Source: a virus
Strand: one strand, 5' to 3'
DNA length: 64,000 nt
Virus record (IMG/VR): IMGVR_UViG_3300041964_000083
Location: 64,001-128,000 of that record
How positions within the stretch are numbered: position 1 is the first letter of the stretch; each line of letters opens with the position of its first letter. Under the pieces are notes generated by a model. It did no database searches and was not told where the DNA came from. It saw only the letters and a program-made list of their open reading frames with translations. The position numbers and the translations under genes were made by a program. Positions 18,085-28,277 of this stretch are shown here, piece after piece.

Positions 18085-20139
18085 GTGGCAACTCAACAAG
18101 ATTTAGATAAAACCTACCTCACTATCCTTCGTCGCATAATCGAGGAGCAGTTAGGCGATCGCGTAAATCGTTTTCTTTCGCTCAAATTCACTCCACAAGG
18201 CGTAACTGGTACATTCCTAAGTGAAGCTCGACGATTTAACTTCTCTGTTAATCCAACTGAAATCAAATATGGACTCGCTACAGAAAAGTTTGATAGTTAC
18301 GCCGTTGGTTCAGCCTCGAACCGTCTAGGGCTATCCCACTTACCACTAGGAACCGATGCGTACTCCTTAGCGTTCATGCAGGTATATGAACGGTTAGACG
18401 CGGGCAAAAAGAAGTGTGTGGTTGGTATTGGTTGTGGTGGAACCTGTATTAACAACAAGAAAATGTGTCGGTTGTTGGTTAAATCCCCTGAAACTAAAAA
18501 ACTGATACGAAAGCTAGGGGAGGTGCAGGATTATGTGCAGCGTAAACCTGGAAATGCCATACTTGCGCTACTTGGAGTCGCCGCAGTTGGAGCCGCAGCA
18601 TTTACCGCAGCCGCTTACTTTGCAGGAAAACCTAACTACAATGCAAAACCGTTAGAACCTCGATATCAGGGCAAGAAACCTACGGGTAAATTACCCAACA
18701 CAACGCCAAGAGCAGCGCGATCGTTTAAAACCCCTGCGTCAGAACCCGCACCACCCCCAGAACCACCTACTGTAGTTGTTGCGCCAGCCCAACCAACCGT
18801 AAACAAGCCACCAGTATCTGTAAAACGTACTCGTAAACCATCGACAAGCGTTCCAGAAGGTCAACTAGAGATTGATATGAATACTCGGTACGTAGAGACA
18901 GTGCGGGAGGTTAAGACCGTACCTGAAGATGTATCTGGGATAAAAGAATTGCCTATTGATCAAGTTAAAGTAGCACCGCGTTTGTTTCAGTACAAAATGC
19001 CAGAAGGGGTAGGCAAGCAAGCACAAAAAGATTTTAAAGAGAAAGGTGTAACAGGCGCATTAGCTGATGCTAAGGTATGGAACCCCAATTTGGCAGGAAG
19101 CTTGATGGTATGGCGCGTACCTAAAGGTGGGGTAAAAGATGGTGAAGGGAATCAGTTTGAAGAAGGTGAATCATTGTTGGTGCATGGACACCACCGATTA
19201 GCATTGGCTCAACGCGCGGAAGGTGTATTTGAGGGAGATCCGAGTACGGGTAAGGTTGTTCCCGGTAAGCCTGATAAGGTGCGCGTCGAGTTTATCAACG
19301 CACCTACTCCCAAAGAAGCACGGGTAGTGGGAGCGCTCCAGAATATTGCCCAAGGTGCGGGAACATCCAAGGATGCAGCGAATGTATTCCGAGAGCTTAA
19401 CGTCAATGACTCCAATCAACTAAAACAGTGGGGCATTTCACTTAAAGGGAAGGTTGCTGATGAAGGATTGGGGTTAGCTGGGCTTAACGATCATCTGTGG
19501 CGCAAGGTATCAGACCCTAGTTATCAGAAACAATCAGGGGAACGGAAACTTACGACAACGAGAGCTAGTGAAATTGGTAAGATTCGCAATCCTGACTTAC
19601 AGAATGAAGTTTGGGATGTGGTGCGTACCAGCGATGATGTAGACGATGATTTTGTGAAGTCGTTGAGCGATCGCGTACAGCGTCGATATGAGCGGGGTGA
19701 AATCGCATTCCAATCACCAGAAGCGGGTAACCAAATGTCGCTATTCGACCAAGCCAAGATTGCAGTGGCTGGTGAGAAAGAGCGGGCTGAAGCTGATTCA
19801 CATATCGAGCGACAGATTACGGATAATGATAAATTCTGGTCGGGTAAGCGGATGGGCGCGATTGCAGACCGATTAAAGTCAGAAAATGTTGGAGACTTGG
19901 ATTTAGACCGCGCTGGAGAAGTATCAGAACAGACCGCTAAAGTGCGTTGGCTCTACCGCAAGGCTAAATCCCTTCCCAATGACCCCAATGCTCAAGCAGT
20001 GGAATCTGCACTCAATAAGTTTGGAAACGAGATTCAGGCTGCGCGATCACAAGGGGCGGATAAAGCTGAAATCAAGAAGATTAAGGAGGCGCAATGGAAC
20101 GAAATGCAAAAACTTCTTACCGCGTTCTTAAACGGTTAA
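18085..20139 (+). CDS. Large phage protein: Cys4 motif + hydrophobic helix, Pro-rich linker, ParB/Srx-like domain
   Basis: CVVGIGCGGTCINNKKMC; LPIDQVKVAPRLFQYK...WNPNLAGSLMVW...LLVHGHHRLALA ParB-type motif. Confidence 0.7.
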   Translation: MATQQDLDKTYLTILRRIIEEQLGDRVNRFLSLKFTPQGVTGTFLSEARRFNFSVNPTEIKYGLATEKFDSYAVGSASNRLGLSHLPLGTDAYSLAFMQVYERLDAGKKKCVVGIGCGGTCINNKKMCRLLVKSPETKKLIRKLGEVQDYVQRKPGNAILALLGVAAVGAAAFTAAAYFAGKPNYNAKPLEPRYQGKKPTGKLPNTTPRAARSFKTPASEPAPPPEPPTVVVAPAQPTVNKPPVSVKRTRKPSTSVPEGQLEIDMNTRYVETVREVKTVPEDVSGIKELPIDQVKVAPRLFQYKMPEGVGKQAQKDFKEKGVTGALADAKVWNPNLAGSLMVWRVPKGGVKDGEGNQFEEGESLLVHGHHRLALAQRAEGVFEGDPSTGKVVPGKPDKVRVEFINAPTPKEARVVGALQNIAQGAGTSKDAANVFRELNVNDSNQLKQWGISLKGKVADEGLGLAGLNDHLWRKVSDPSYQKQSGERKLTTTRASEIGKIRNPDLQNEVWDVVRTSDDVDDDFVKSLSDRVQRRYERGEIAFQSPEAGNQMSLFDQAKIAVAGEKERAEADSHIERQITDNDKFWSGKRMGAIADRLKSENVGDLDLDRAGEVSEQTAKVRWLYRKAKSLPNDPNAQAVESALNKFGNEIQAARSQGADKAEIKKIKEAQWNEMQKLLTAFLNG

Positions 20140-20478
20140 GTGAAGAGGAGCGCGATCGCGTATTGAAAGAATTTGTTCGCTTACAAGAGTTATCCCTTTC
20201 AGTTACCAAGGAAGACAGCGATATACCAGAGGCACATCCTGACACTTCTGCCTATATCGCCCCAATTTCGTGAACAAATGGCTTATTTGTATGGATGGGG
20301 GTTGTTAGTCAAGATTGGTGCAATCAAAAATGAAGTAATAGACAAAACCCTCTACAAAAAGTATGGGATAGCACCTGAATTCAGAAAAGGTAGAACGCGA
20401 TCACGTAAGCTTTGTTTCAATGTTTTCTAAAGGTTGGGTGGATGTTGATGTGCGATCGCGTATGGCATATAGCGTAAG

Positions 20479-20835
20479 TCAATCAAGTGGAACAAACTGA
20501 GAAAAGAATTTAGCTCCACCAAAAACCCCATTGGGATAGCTAGCATCAATTGTTATCCTACAATCATCTAATTTGGAATCGATGTACCAAACCCAGTAAT
20601 AGCGGTCTAACATATTGCCTGCACCAAACTGCCAATCCTTGATTCGGATAATCTCGTTACGAAACCGATACTCGCCATCTCGTACCAAATTGTTGCCATT
20701 AGTATCTACCACAGGGCACTCATCAGTATTAAAAACACTGCCAGTGTCTAAAACTCGATCAAACGCTTCAGTTAGTCTTGGGTCTTGGTTTAGCAGAAAA
20801 AGGTTTTGACGAATATTCTTGTGATTGTCGTTCAT
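20479..20835 (-). CDS. Hypothetical protein
   Basis: 118-aa ORF, ATGA-coupled to upstream RHH gene. Confidence 0.6.
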   Translation of the reverse strand: MNDNHKNIRQNLFLLNQDPRLTEAFDRVLDTGSVFNTDECPVVDTNGNNLVRDGEYRFRNEIIRIKDWQFGAGNMLDRYYWVWYIDSKLDDCRITIDASYPNGVFGGAKFFSQFVPLD

Positions 20836-20984
20836 GATTTTACTGTTGTTTTTGGGTTAGGTAGTCTGTGGATGTACTGCCGAATGATTTCAGCCATCGG
20901 TTCGCCTTTAGCATCAGCCTTAGCTTTCAACTTTAAAAACTCATTTTCACTGAGCCTGATTTGAAGTCTGTGGGTCTTTGTCAT
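20832..20984 (-). CDS. Small RHH regulator, not in ORF track
   Basis: MTKTHRLQIRLSENEFLKLKAKADAKGEPMAEIIRQYIHRLPNPKTTVKS; upstream palindrome TTGTACAT-N8-ATGTACAA. Confidence 0.75.
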   Translation of the reverse strand: MTKTHRLQIRLSENEFLKLKAKADAKGEPMAEIIRQYIHRLPNPKTTVKS

Positions 20985-21169
20985 GAACTTATTGTACATT
21001 CAAGTAGATGTACAATGTCAAATAAGCAAAAAATAACCGCCTACTAAGAGACGGTAAATTGAAGAATAACTATGCACGATGCCATGCACACACTGTCGAA
21101 GTGTAGAGCAAAACAGAAGTGCTGATTTTATTTTACCTGTTTGCGATCGCGTAACACCTTTCCTCTAAA

Positions 21170-21188
21170 TGACAACGAATCGTTGTCA
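21170..21188. repeat. 19-bp palindrome copy 2 (consensus TGACAACGAATCGTTGTCA)
   Basis: Adjacent to minus-strand terminator 21193-21220. Confidence 0.9.
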
Positions 21189-21269
21189 AACCAAAAAAAT
21201 AACCGCCTTATCAGGGCGGTGTATATAAGAAAAAAATGAAGAAACCCGATGAAGGGTTGCATTTATATT

Positions 21270-22043
21270 TTACCGACTAGCGAGCGCTTCCGCTTTATCC
21301 TTCTTGCTAATTTTCAAGAATCTAGGTGCAGTTTCAGATGGCATATTGAGTAGCGTGGAGAATTCAAATAAATCGTTGTCAGGCAAGAATTTCGTTGTCA
21401 TTTGGATGAATGCAGGTTGACCTTGGGCTTCTCTATCAAGTTTGGGGTTGAATCGGTACGGTTTGATGATTGGTCTATCCCAGCTGATGGGAACATGAGA
21501 AGCTTTCAAAGTTTTTAGTTTATCAGCAGGTGGCAACTCTTTAATGCGCGATCGCCTATCATCACTAAAATTCCGCAGCACCGTAACAACCGGATACTTG
21601 CAGACAGGGATATGCTGCCACAGTCCGCAGAGTCGAAATTCAAAATCCTGCAACTCTTTAGTAATGCTATCTTCTCGCGGTTTGTTGCCTTCAAACCCCA
21701 GTAAATTGAATGTTAGTTGGTGGGGAACATCGCGTCCGGGTAAGTGAATGACGCGAGGGTAAACGACAAGTCGCTGTTTCTTGCCTGTTCGTGCGATCGC
21801 GTACTTCAATGCCCGGAATGTCTGACGATTGATAGCATCCCCACCAAGCCGATATATGCTATCGCCTTGGTTTTCCATCACATAGCCAAGTCGATAGGAT
21901 TTATCACCAATTACAACAGACGCTTTACCTTCGTCTAGTTCAACATCAGCATAGAGTACACCAATGGCTTGAAATATCGAATCGGGTTGTGGGGTTTTGA
22001 GTAGCTGCGGCTTGGGTTTGGGAACGGGTTTGGTGATTACCAT
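21270..22043 (-). CDS. Hypothetical protein
   Basis: 257-aa ORF ending before a terminator. Confidence 0.6.
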   Translation of the reverse strand: MVITKPVPKPKPQLLKTPQPDSIFQAIGVLYADVELDEGKASVVIGDKSYRLGYVMENQGDSIYRLGGDAINRQTFRALKYAIARTGKKQRLVVYPRVIHLPGRDVPHQLTFNLLGFEGNKPREDSITKELQDFEFRLCGLWQHIPVCKYPVVTVLRNFSDDRRSRIKELPPADKLKTLKASHVPISWDRPIIKPYRFNPKLDREAQGQPAFIQMTTKFLPDNDLFEFSTLLNMPSETAPRFLKISKKDKAEALASR

Positions 22044-22086
22044 CAGTATTTTTTCAAATTCCTGTTACATATGATATGCGATCGCG

Positions 22087-22581
22087 TTACTTTTCTGACG
22101 GTAATTTAATGTGCCCCAACTTAGTCAATTCACTCAAGACTTCACTCAACTGAGCTGCATAATCCGTTTCGAGAGCACGGAGTTGTTGTTCAAACTCCAC
22201 TTGTAACTGACGTTTTGCGTACTCATGCCGAGTTTCTAGTAATTTAATAGCTATTTGGCGCTCGGAAACAATGCGTTTTCTTAATTCCAAAAGACTCTGG
22301 ATTTGAATGCTCCATCCGGAAGTTGGTCGGCGTAACTCAACGCTACGGTTTTCTTGTCTGTTTACAACTATTTCCCAACAGGGAAAATTTAAAACGTAGT
22401 CTATCAAGTGTCTTTTGCACCCCAAAGAATACAGGTTAGCCGATAACAAATCGTCAGTTAATGTGTAATCACCTTCATCAGGAAAGTTATATTCCGACTG
22501 AAAGAATTGATTCGTTGGTTTGTATTTTAGAAGCAGCATATTTTTGTCTGTTTTTTGAAGATTCAATCGCCGCTTGCTCAA
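22087..22581 (-). CDS. Hypothetical protein (true start uncertain)
   Basis: ORF with coiled-coil C-terminus. Confidence 0.5.
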   Translation of the reverse strand: MSKRRLNLQKTDKNMLLLKYKPTNQFFQSEYNFPDEGDYTLTDDLLSANLYSLGCKRHLIDYVLNFPCWEIVVNRQENRSVELRRPTSGWSIQIQSLLELRKRIVSERQIAIKLLETRHEYAKRQLQVEFEQQLRALETDYAAQLSEVLSELTKLGHIKLPSEK

Positions 22582-22756
22582 ACTCAGCCAAAGTACATCG
22601 ATACACTTCCAAAGCCAACCGTGTCTCCGTGGGCGTTAATGTTGGCACAAAGCGACCTGTTTCCCAATTGCTGATAGTTGTGTGACTTTTGCCGAGCGTA
22701 GCCGCAACCTGTTCTCGACGTAACCCAGTTTTTTCCCGTAACTCACGTAAGTCCAA
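22487..22756 (-). CDS. XRE-family HTH regulator
   Basis: LRELREKTGLRREQVAATLGKSHTTISNWETG. Confidence 0.85.
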   Translation of the reverse strand: MDLRELREKTGLRREQVAATLGKSHTTISNWETGRFVPTLTPTETRLALEVYRCTLAEFEQAAIESSKNRQKYAASKIQTNESILSVGI

Positions 22757-22897
22757 TGTACTAACAGTCTCTAATTTGTATTGTTTTCTTGTTCAGTATA
22801 CAATATTTACAGAAAATTAAAAGCGATCGCGTTTCTCGACTGGACATCTGGAATTACGCGATCGCCTTACCCCACACACATGAAGGGCTAACAGCAT

Positions 22898-23614
22898 ATG
22901 CTAACAGTCAATGAGCGCAATGGTTTACTTGTTGTTGATTCTCGATTGATCGCCAAGCGGCTAGGGATTCAGCACAAGAACTTCTTAGGAACTATCGACA
23001 AATATTCAGCCAAAATGGCTGAAAGCCTCATTGTTAAAGCACCCGCGTTTGAAACGCGCCTGGTTAAGCGCCAACAAGGTGGTAGTTTTGAAGACCGATG
23101 GGCGTGGCTAACAGAACCACAAGCTAACTTCTTGATGACGTTATCGCGAAATACCGATGAAGTTGTTCAATGTAAACTTGAGTTGGTTGAAGCGTTTGAA
23201 AAAGCTAAGAATAAACTGCGATCGCGCACAGATGTTTCTCAAGCCTCCCTTGTAGGTCATTGGGCAGAACGTCAGCGCCTGTTTATCCAGCGCACGACTA
23301 TCCCTAGCGGTTGGTTCTGTATTTTCCAAGAGCTGGCACAGTTAATGTGGCAATTAGAAAATTTGGGGTATGTTATCCCTGACTATAGTCCTGTGGATAA
23401 CTCGCGGATAATCCCGGATATCTCAATTGGGCGAATGTTCTGTAGTAATATGCGGTCAAAAGGGTATGCGGTGGGTGCAAAAACCCAGAAGTACCCGCAC
23501 TGGTATCCGGGCTGGAAGTTGCCAGTCAAAGCCAATATCTATCCCAATGCTTGGTTAGAGGAGTTCCGAGCTTGGTTTGATAACCAATGGAAACCGAATA
23601 ATTTGTTACGGTAA
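22898..23614 (+). CDS. Rha-family N-terminal domain fused to BstA-like C-terminal domain (C-terminus shorter than paralogue)
   Basis: VVDSRLIAKRLGIQHKNFL...LTEPQANFLMTLSRNT (Rha); IPSGWFCIFQE...IIPDISIG...YPHWYP...IYPNAWLEEFRAWF. Confidence 0.7.
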   Translation: MLTVNERNGLLVVDSRLIAKRLGIQHKNFLGTIDKYSAKMAESLIVKAPAFETRLVKRQQGGSFEDRWAWLTEPQANFLMTLSRNTDEVVQCKLELVEAFEKAKNKLRSRTDVSQASLVGHWAERQRLFIQRTTIPSGWFCIFQELAQLMWQLENLGYVIPDYSPVDNSRIIPDISIGRMFCSNMRSKGYAVGAKTQKYPHWYPGWKLPVKANIYPNAWLEEFRAWFDNQWKPNNLLR

Positions 23615-23621
23615 ACCGAAT

Positions 23622-25541
23622 CTAAAGGTCGTCTATCCAGTCAGCAGACTCTGGCGCTTTTACGAGCTGGATGTAGAATGCTGCTACAGAAAACATGGTG
23701 GCATAGAACAAGTCATCTATGTTGTTTTGCCCTCGACTCCACCGACCTGTAGCGGAATCATAACTAGGTCCTGTGAAGTGGACAAGGGGCGATCGCTCAC
23801 TTGGGTTACCAAACCATTGCTCCCACTCTGGAGGGAGACGGTACAAAGGAAGGTCATCAAACCCAGGTTTTAAGAATCCCACCAATACTTGTTTGAGAAA
23901 CATCTCGTTGCGTATTGCCCAACATGGGTATTCAATCCCTCCATCAAATACCGTTGTCTCTTTCACAGCATCTTTAAGTCCTGGCTTTTGGTCTGCCATC
24001 TCAAGGCAAGTGGTGCGGCATAGTTCCGATGCATCAGCACGGTCTGGTTCGTTATCAATAATTCCGTAGGTTACGTTATATTCCCTGAGCTTATCGGGTA
24101 TCGCGTTGCGCTGTACGTCTCCACCAAATAAGATCACTCGCGTACTTTGCTCCATGATTTCAGATATAGACAAACGGCTGTAAAGAGGTGGGTAGTAAAA
24201 GCCTGTAATAACTAACCAATCCTCGCCACGTCCTTGGTCTACTCCAGCTACTACAACATCCGGGCGAATCATTGGACGAGGAGCCGCGATCGCACTCCTC
24301 AGCATATCCAACGTAATATTTCCAAGCTCAGATTCAGATGGATGTCCTAAACGCTGCTGCTGCCAATCTCGATTGTTATAAGTGTCTATTCCTTCCCGAA
24401 TAATCTCAGCCGCTAAGTTATATTCGGTTAGGCGTAGTAGTGGGCTAAGGTTAATCCCTACCTTCCATCGTCGCTTAGGAATACCTTCTGGCAATTCATC
24501 TAAAAACTGACGTAATGGTTTTCCAGTCTTGCGACATTGAAACCAAGCGTTTTGACGTTTCTTGTCTGCTATAGGCTGCCCACATTCAGAACACGCAAAC
24601 CACGCCGTATTTACTGCATCCCCTTTATTTTCGCAATGCCATTCAACTGGACGACCAATCTCAGATAGATAGGATATCTTCTCTTCCCCTACCGAATCAG
24701 TTCGTTTTATTGGTTTGAGTAAACATCCCTTAGGGTCAAGCGCGATCGTTGTGCCGCAGTTATCGCAAGAGCAGTGCGGGTAGAAGTAGTGGTCTGCACT
24801 CTCAATAGATAGCTCAATACCATTTCCTGCTCCAGGTGTTCCTAGTTCTCGAATTGGTTGTGATGGTAAGCGTGATGCATCAAGACGGCGAACTAAAGGG
24901 TCGCCCGCACCCATTGGATACTGGCTACGCTCTTCTTGAAATAAGATGTCGCGACTAGTTCCTACAGCAATACCACCCGCTGCTGCACCGCCTTCATTCT
25001 TTGCCTTGGCGCTAGTGCTGACATAAGTAAACTGTGCTGACACACTCCCCAATTGGTAGAGCGTATTGTTTCGCACTCCTTCACTAGAACGCCCAACTTT
25101 AATATTTCGAGATGCTAACCATTGGCGAATAACTGGACGAAAGTTACTGGGTACTTGTAAATCCAAAGTCCGCTCTTGATCATAAGACCAGAGTGTATTG
25201 AGTCGTCCTTCGGTAAGACAAAAACAAACCAGTAACGTGTGGAGTAGCGTTTTCCCAACTTGGGCACAACCCGATGCAAGTGTAATTTTCACCCGGAAAT
25301 CGCCAATCATTTCGGCATACTCTTCGTGCCACGGGTAAAGCGTTAGGCGATCGCCCCTTTCGTTTACGCCCCATTTCTTCACTGCCGCAACAAACGGTTT
25401 ACCACCCAATATGTAGCACTGCTCGATAAAGCGATCGCGTGCCATAGGGTCATAAGGTAAGACCTGATTCTTAGATTTCCCTGCCTCCGCCATCATCTTC
25501 TTGTTGGCGTGTGTCAGCTGGGAGATTGGTTGTATCTGCAT
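23622..25541 (-). CDS. terL: Terminase large subunit (GpA-like)
   Basis: Walker A GCAQVGKT, CxxC zinc-finger pairs, AGVDQG nuclease motif; directly downstream of TerS. Confidence 0.85.
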   Translation of the reverse strand: MQIQPISQLTHANKKMMAEAGKSKNQVLPYDPMARDRFIEQCYILGGKPFVAAVKKWGVNERGDRLTLYPWHEEYAEMIGDFRVKITLASGCAQVGKTLLHTLLVCFCLTEGRLNTLWSYDQERTLDLQVPSNFRPVIRQWLASRNIKVGRSSEGVRNNTLYQLGSVSAQFTYVSTSAKAKNEGGAAAGGIAVGTSRDILFQEERSQYPMGAGDPLVRRLDASRLPSQPIRELGTPGAGNGIELSIESADHYFYPHCSCDNCGTTIALDPKGCLLKPIKRTDSVGEEKISYLSEIGRPVEWHCENKGDAVNTAWFACSECGQPIADKKRQNAWFQCRKTGKPLRQFLDELPEGIPKRRWKVGINLSPLLRLTEYNLAAEIIREGIDTYNNRDWQQQRLGHPSESELGNITLDMLRSAIAAPRPMIRPDVVVAGVDQGRGEDWLVITGFYYPPLYSRLSISEIMEQSTRVILFGGDVQRNAIPDKLREYNVTYGIIDNEPDRADASELCRTTCLEMADQKPGLKDAVKETTVFDGGIEYPCWAIRNEMFLKQVLVGFLKPGFDDLPLYRLPPEWEQWFGNPSERSPLVHFTGPSYDSATGRWSRGQNNIDDLFYATMFSVAAFYIQLVKAPESADWIDDL

Positions 25542-26061
25542 CGAGTGGTGTTACTTCCCATGCGCCAGAGTCACTTTGTCGTAGCACTAAACCGTATTTG
25601 CGAAGCGTCGCGATCGCACGGTTGAAATCGTTATCCAATCCCAAGTGCTGCATTACAAGTTTGAGTGCAGTTTTCTTGTCATGTAACTTGGCATAAGTCT
25701 TGGTACTTTTGCCAGCTTCAATCTGTCCTACTTCCTGGATTGCCGCGATCGCCCAATCAGGTAAGACATCACTATTCTTGAGTGAGAAATTACTATTCGA
25801 GAATGAAGTTACATCGGTAATTCTGGAGAAGGCAATATAAGATAATTCTTCTAAGACGCGATCGGCTGTTATCTGGGTTCTACGCGATCGCTCCGCCTGG
25901 AGTCTAGCTATCTCAAATTGTATGTCATGTTTTGACATATTTAGATCTGCGACTTGGCGTGCAGATCTCGCGCTATACCCAGCCCGTATAGCCGCCTGAG
26001 TCCCATTCAGGTCAACAATGTACTCTATACAGAACTGGCGTTGTTTGTTTGTTAAAGACAA
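25471..26061 (-). CDS. terS: Terminase small subunit
   Basis: LTNKQRQFCIEYIVDLNGTQAAIRAGYS...ITADRVLEELSYIAF. Confidence 0.95.
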   Translation of the reverse strand: MSLTNKQRQFCIEYIVDLNGTQAAIRAGYSARSARQVADLNMSKHDIQFEIARLQAERSRRTQITADRVLEELSYIAFSRITDVTSFSNSNFSLKNSDVLPDWAIAAIQEVGQIEAGKSTKTYAKLHDKKTALKLVMQHLGLDNDFNRAIATLRKYGLVLRQSDSGAWEVTPLDADTTNLPADTRQQEDDGGGREI

Positions 26062-26231
26062 TTCTCGTGGGAGATAGACTATTACTAGTTTACGTTATGC
26101 GATCGCACACCAAAGACATATGGAAAAAAATAGAAGTTAGCTTCTATAGCAAACGATCGCGCACACAAACATTGATGATAACGGGGAAGCGATCGCACAC
26201 ATCTGCCAAAATTACTTAACCAAGCGTTGAA

Positions 26232-26471
26232 ATGCTGTTATCGGAACTATGCGATCGCGCAAAAATCAAATATTCAACCGCGATCGCAGTAGTACTCGGC
26301 TGCAAGAAGCTCAAACCGTCACTGGCAATATTCCACACCTGCCAGCCAAAACCTGTCCAACTTAAGAAATTCGGCACAGGTTTCCCCAACACCCCATACC
26401 GTTGCCCTTGCTGTGATGTGTTGGTTAGAAACCCAAATGAGTTGAATTACGATGTTTTAGTGAGCAAATGA
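26232..26471 (+). CDS. Small Cys-containing hypothetical protein
   Basis: HTC...CPCC; stop overlaps palindrome. Confidence 0.5.
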   Translation: MLLSELCDRAKIKYSTAIAVVLGCKKLKPSLAIFHTCQPKPVQLKKFGTGFPNTPYRCPCCDVLVRNPNELNYDVLVSK

Positions 26472-26487
26472 CAACGCATCGTTGTCA
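26469..26487. repeat. 19-bp palindrome copy 3 (TGACAACGCATCGTTGTCA)
   Basis: Overlaps TGA stop; followed by terminator 26491-26518. Confidence 0.9.
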
Positions 26488-26625
26488 AACAAAAACACCC
26501 CGTCACAACGACGGGGTGTGTCGCCCAAGACAAGCGACGATAAGAAAATTGTTCCAGAATTCTATTCTACTGCCTTGTAAACGTGAACGTTATTTCTTAA
26601 CTAATGCGATCGCGTCTCCCTTTGT

Positions 26626-27015
26626 TCAATTTTTGAACCCGTACACGTAATATTCGTAACCGTTAGATAAGTTGCATCCACCCATAACGCAAATAAGTTT
26701 CAACTTGGGGTTATCAAAATACGCTCTCAAAAACGCTTCTGCGTATCGGGCTGTTCTTGGTGATGCGCCTGAATCCTTTGCTTTCTCGCTTGCCGCTTCT
26801 GCTTTCGTCCTATCCCATTGCCAGATGCGATCGCTATACTCCCATGTCAAACCATCTTCTTGATGACCATAAATAACTTGAGGCTTTTTCCAGATTTTTT
26901 GCTGATAACTTGGGTACTGAAGGCGTTGATCTGGGTCTAATGTTGGAATAATTGCTGGTAGCTGATATTCTTTGGCAATGCCATGCGCCATTTCAAACCA
27001 TTCTTCGTCCATCAT
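26626..27015 (-). CDS. Hypothetical phage protein
   Basis: 129-aa ORF. Confidence 0.6.
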   Translation of the reverse strand: MMDEEWFEMAHGIAKEYQLPAIIPTLDPDQRLQYPSYQQKIWKKPQVIYGHQEDGLTWEYSDRIWQWDRTKAEAASEKAKDSGASPRTARYAEAFLRAYFDNPKLKLICVMGGCNLSNGYEYYVYGFKN

Positions 27016-27084
27016 CGCTTTATCCTTGCAATTTGTTGAGTAGACGCAAGTCCTAATAATGTACGGTGCGATCGCGTCTCCCCT

Positions 27085-28242
27085 TTAGTCTCTAATCTGT
27101 ACGGGCATATCAGGTAAGTCATCTTCAACTCACCTAGGGGTACGAGTATGACCGGAGTATCAGCGGTATTAATCAACATCTGAATCTCTGTAGTCGCAAG
27201 CGTCTTTAAGCCATCAATTAAGTATTTAACATTGAAGGCTATAAGTAAGTCATCACCTGATACCTGAATAGGCATTGACTCTTGTCCACTACCAACATCT
27301 TGAGCATCAACCGATAAAGTAAGCTGCTGGTTAATGCTGTCAATGCTGAACTTAACCGTATTGTTTTTCTGGTCAGCTAGTACGCCGATGCGCTCCACTG
27401 CACCAAGTAACTGCCGTCGATCAATTGTGACTTGCCGCTGGAACTGAACTGGAATCAACTGCCGATAGGCTGGGTATGTTCCTTCTAGTGTGCGACTCGT
27501 TAAGCGCTGCTCTCCCTCCTGAAAGACAAGCTGACCTTGCTCAAAATGAAGCATAACCGTATCTACTGGTTGCTTGGTGGCAATCATCCGTTCAAGCTCT
27601 TTTAGCGCTCTAGTGGGCACGGTGACTTGAAATGGCTCAACACTTTCTTGATTGTCTTCGCTCTGATTTTTTGTTTCTACAACGGCAAGGCGATGCCCAT
27701 CTGTGGCAGCAAACTCTAAGCCATCTTGCTGAACAGTTAAGTGAACACCAGTTAGTACCTGTTTGGTTTCATCGGGACTAGTGGCAAACAGCGTGCTACC
27801 CAACCCTTGCTTTAGCGCTTCAACGGGGTAGGCTAATTGCCGTCTCTGATTGCACCTGTGGAAGTGCTGGGAATTCATCAGCACTCATCCCGCGCATTTG
27901 ATAGCGCCCAGATGCTGAAGTTAGCGTGACGATATGGCTACCTTCAGCATCGCCTTCTCCTGATTTCTCAGATAACGTGATTTCCCCTTCAGATAGACGA
28001 GAAACAATATCACTAAGTAGTTTTGCCGGAATGGTTAGTTTTCCGCTCGTTTCTACCGTAGCGGCAAAACTGGTCTGAATGCCAAGACTCAGATCAAATG
28101 CGGTAAGCGTCACCTTCTGTGCTTCGGCATCAGCCACGAGCAGCACATTACCCAATATTGGGTGGGTAGGACGAGAGGGAACCGCTCGACTTACTAGAGA
28201 GAGGTTTGTGTTGAGTTCGCTTTGGATGCAGGTTAGTTTCAT
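27085..28242 (-). pseudogene. dnaN: DNA polymerase III beta clamp, cyanobacterial type, with two frameshifts
   Basis: MKLTCIQSELNTNLSLVSRAVPSRPTHPIL...FAATDGHRL...; extra base in G-run 27825-27828; missing base near 27108 (alternative frame gives expected end MPVQIRD*). Confidence 0.9.
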
Positions 28243-28277
28243 GGTTTTGTCCAATGTTGGTTGTTGTGTGCGATCGC

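Noticed and set aside
23591-23621. 9-bp direct repeat AAACCGAAT at the truncated end of the Rha-BstA gene
   Set aside because: Too short to distinguish from chance
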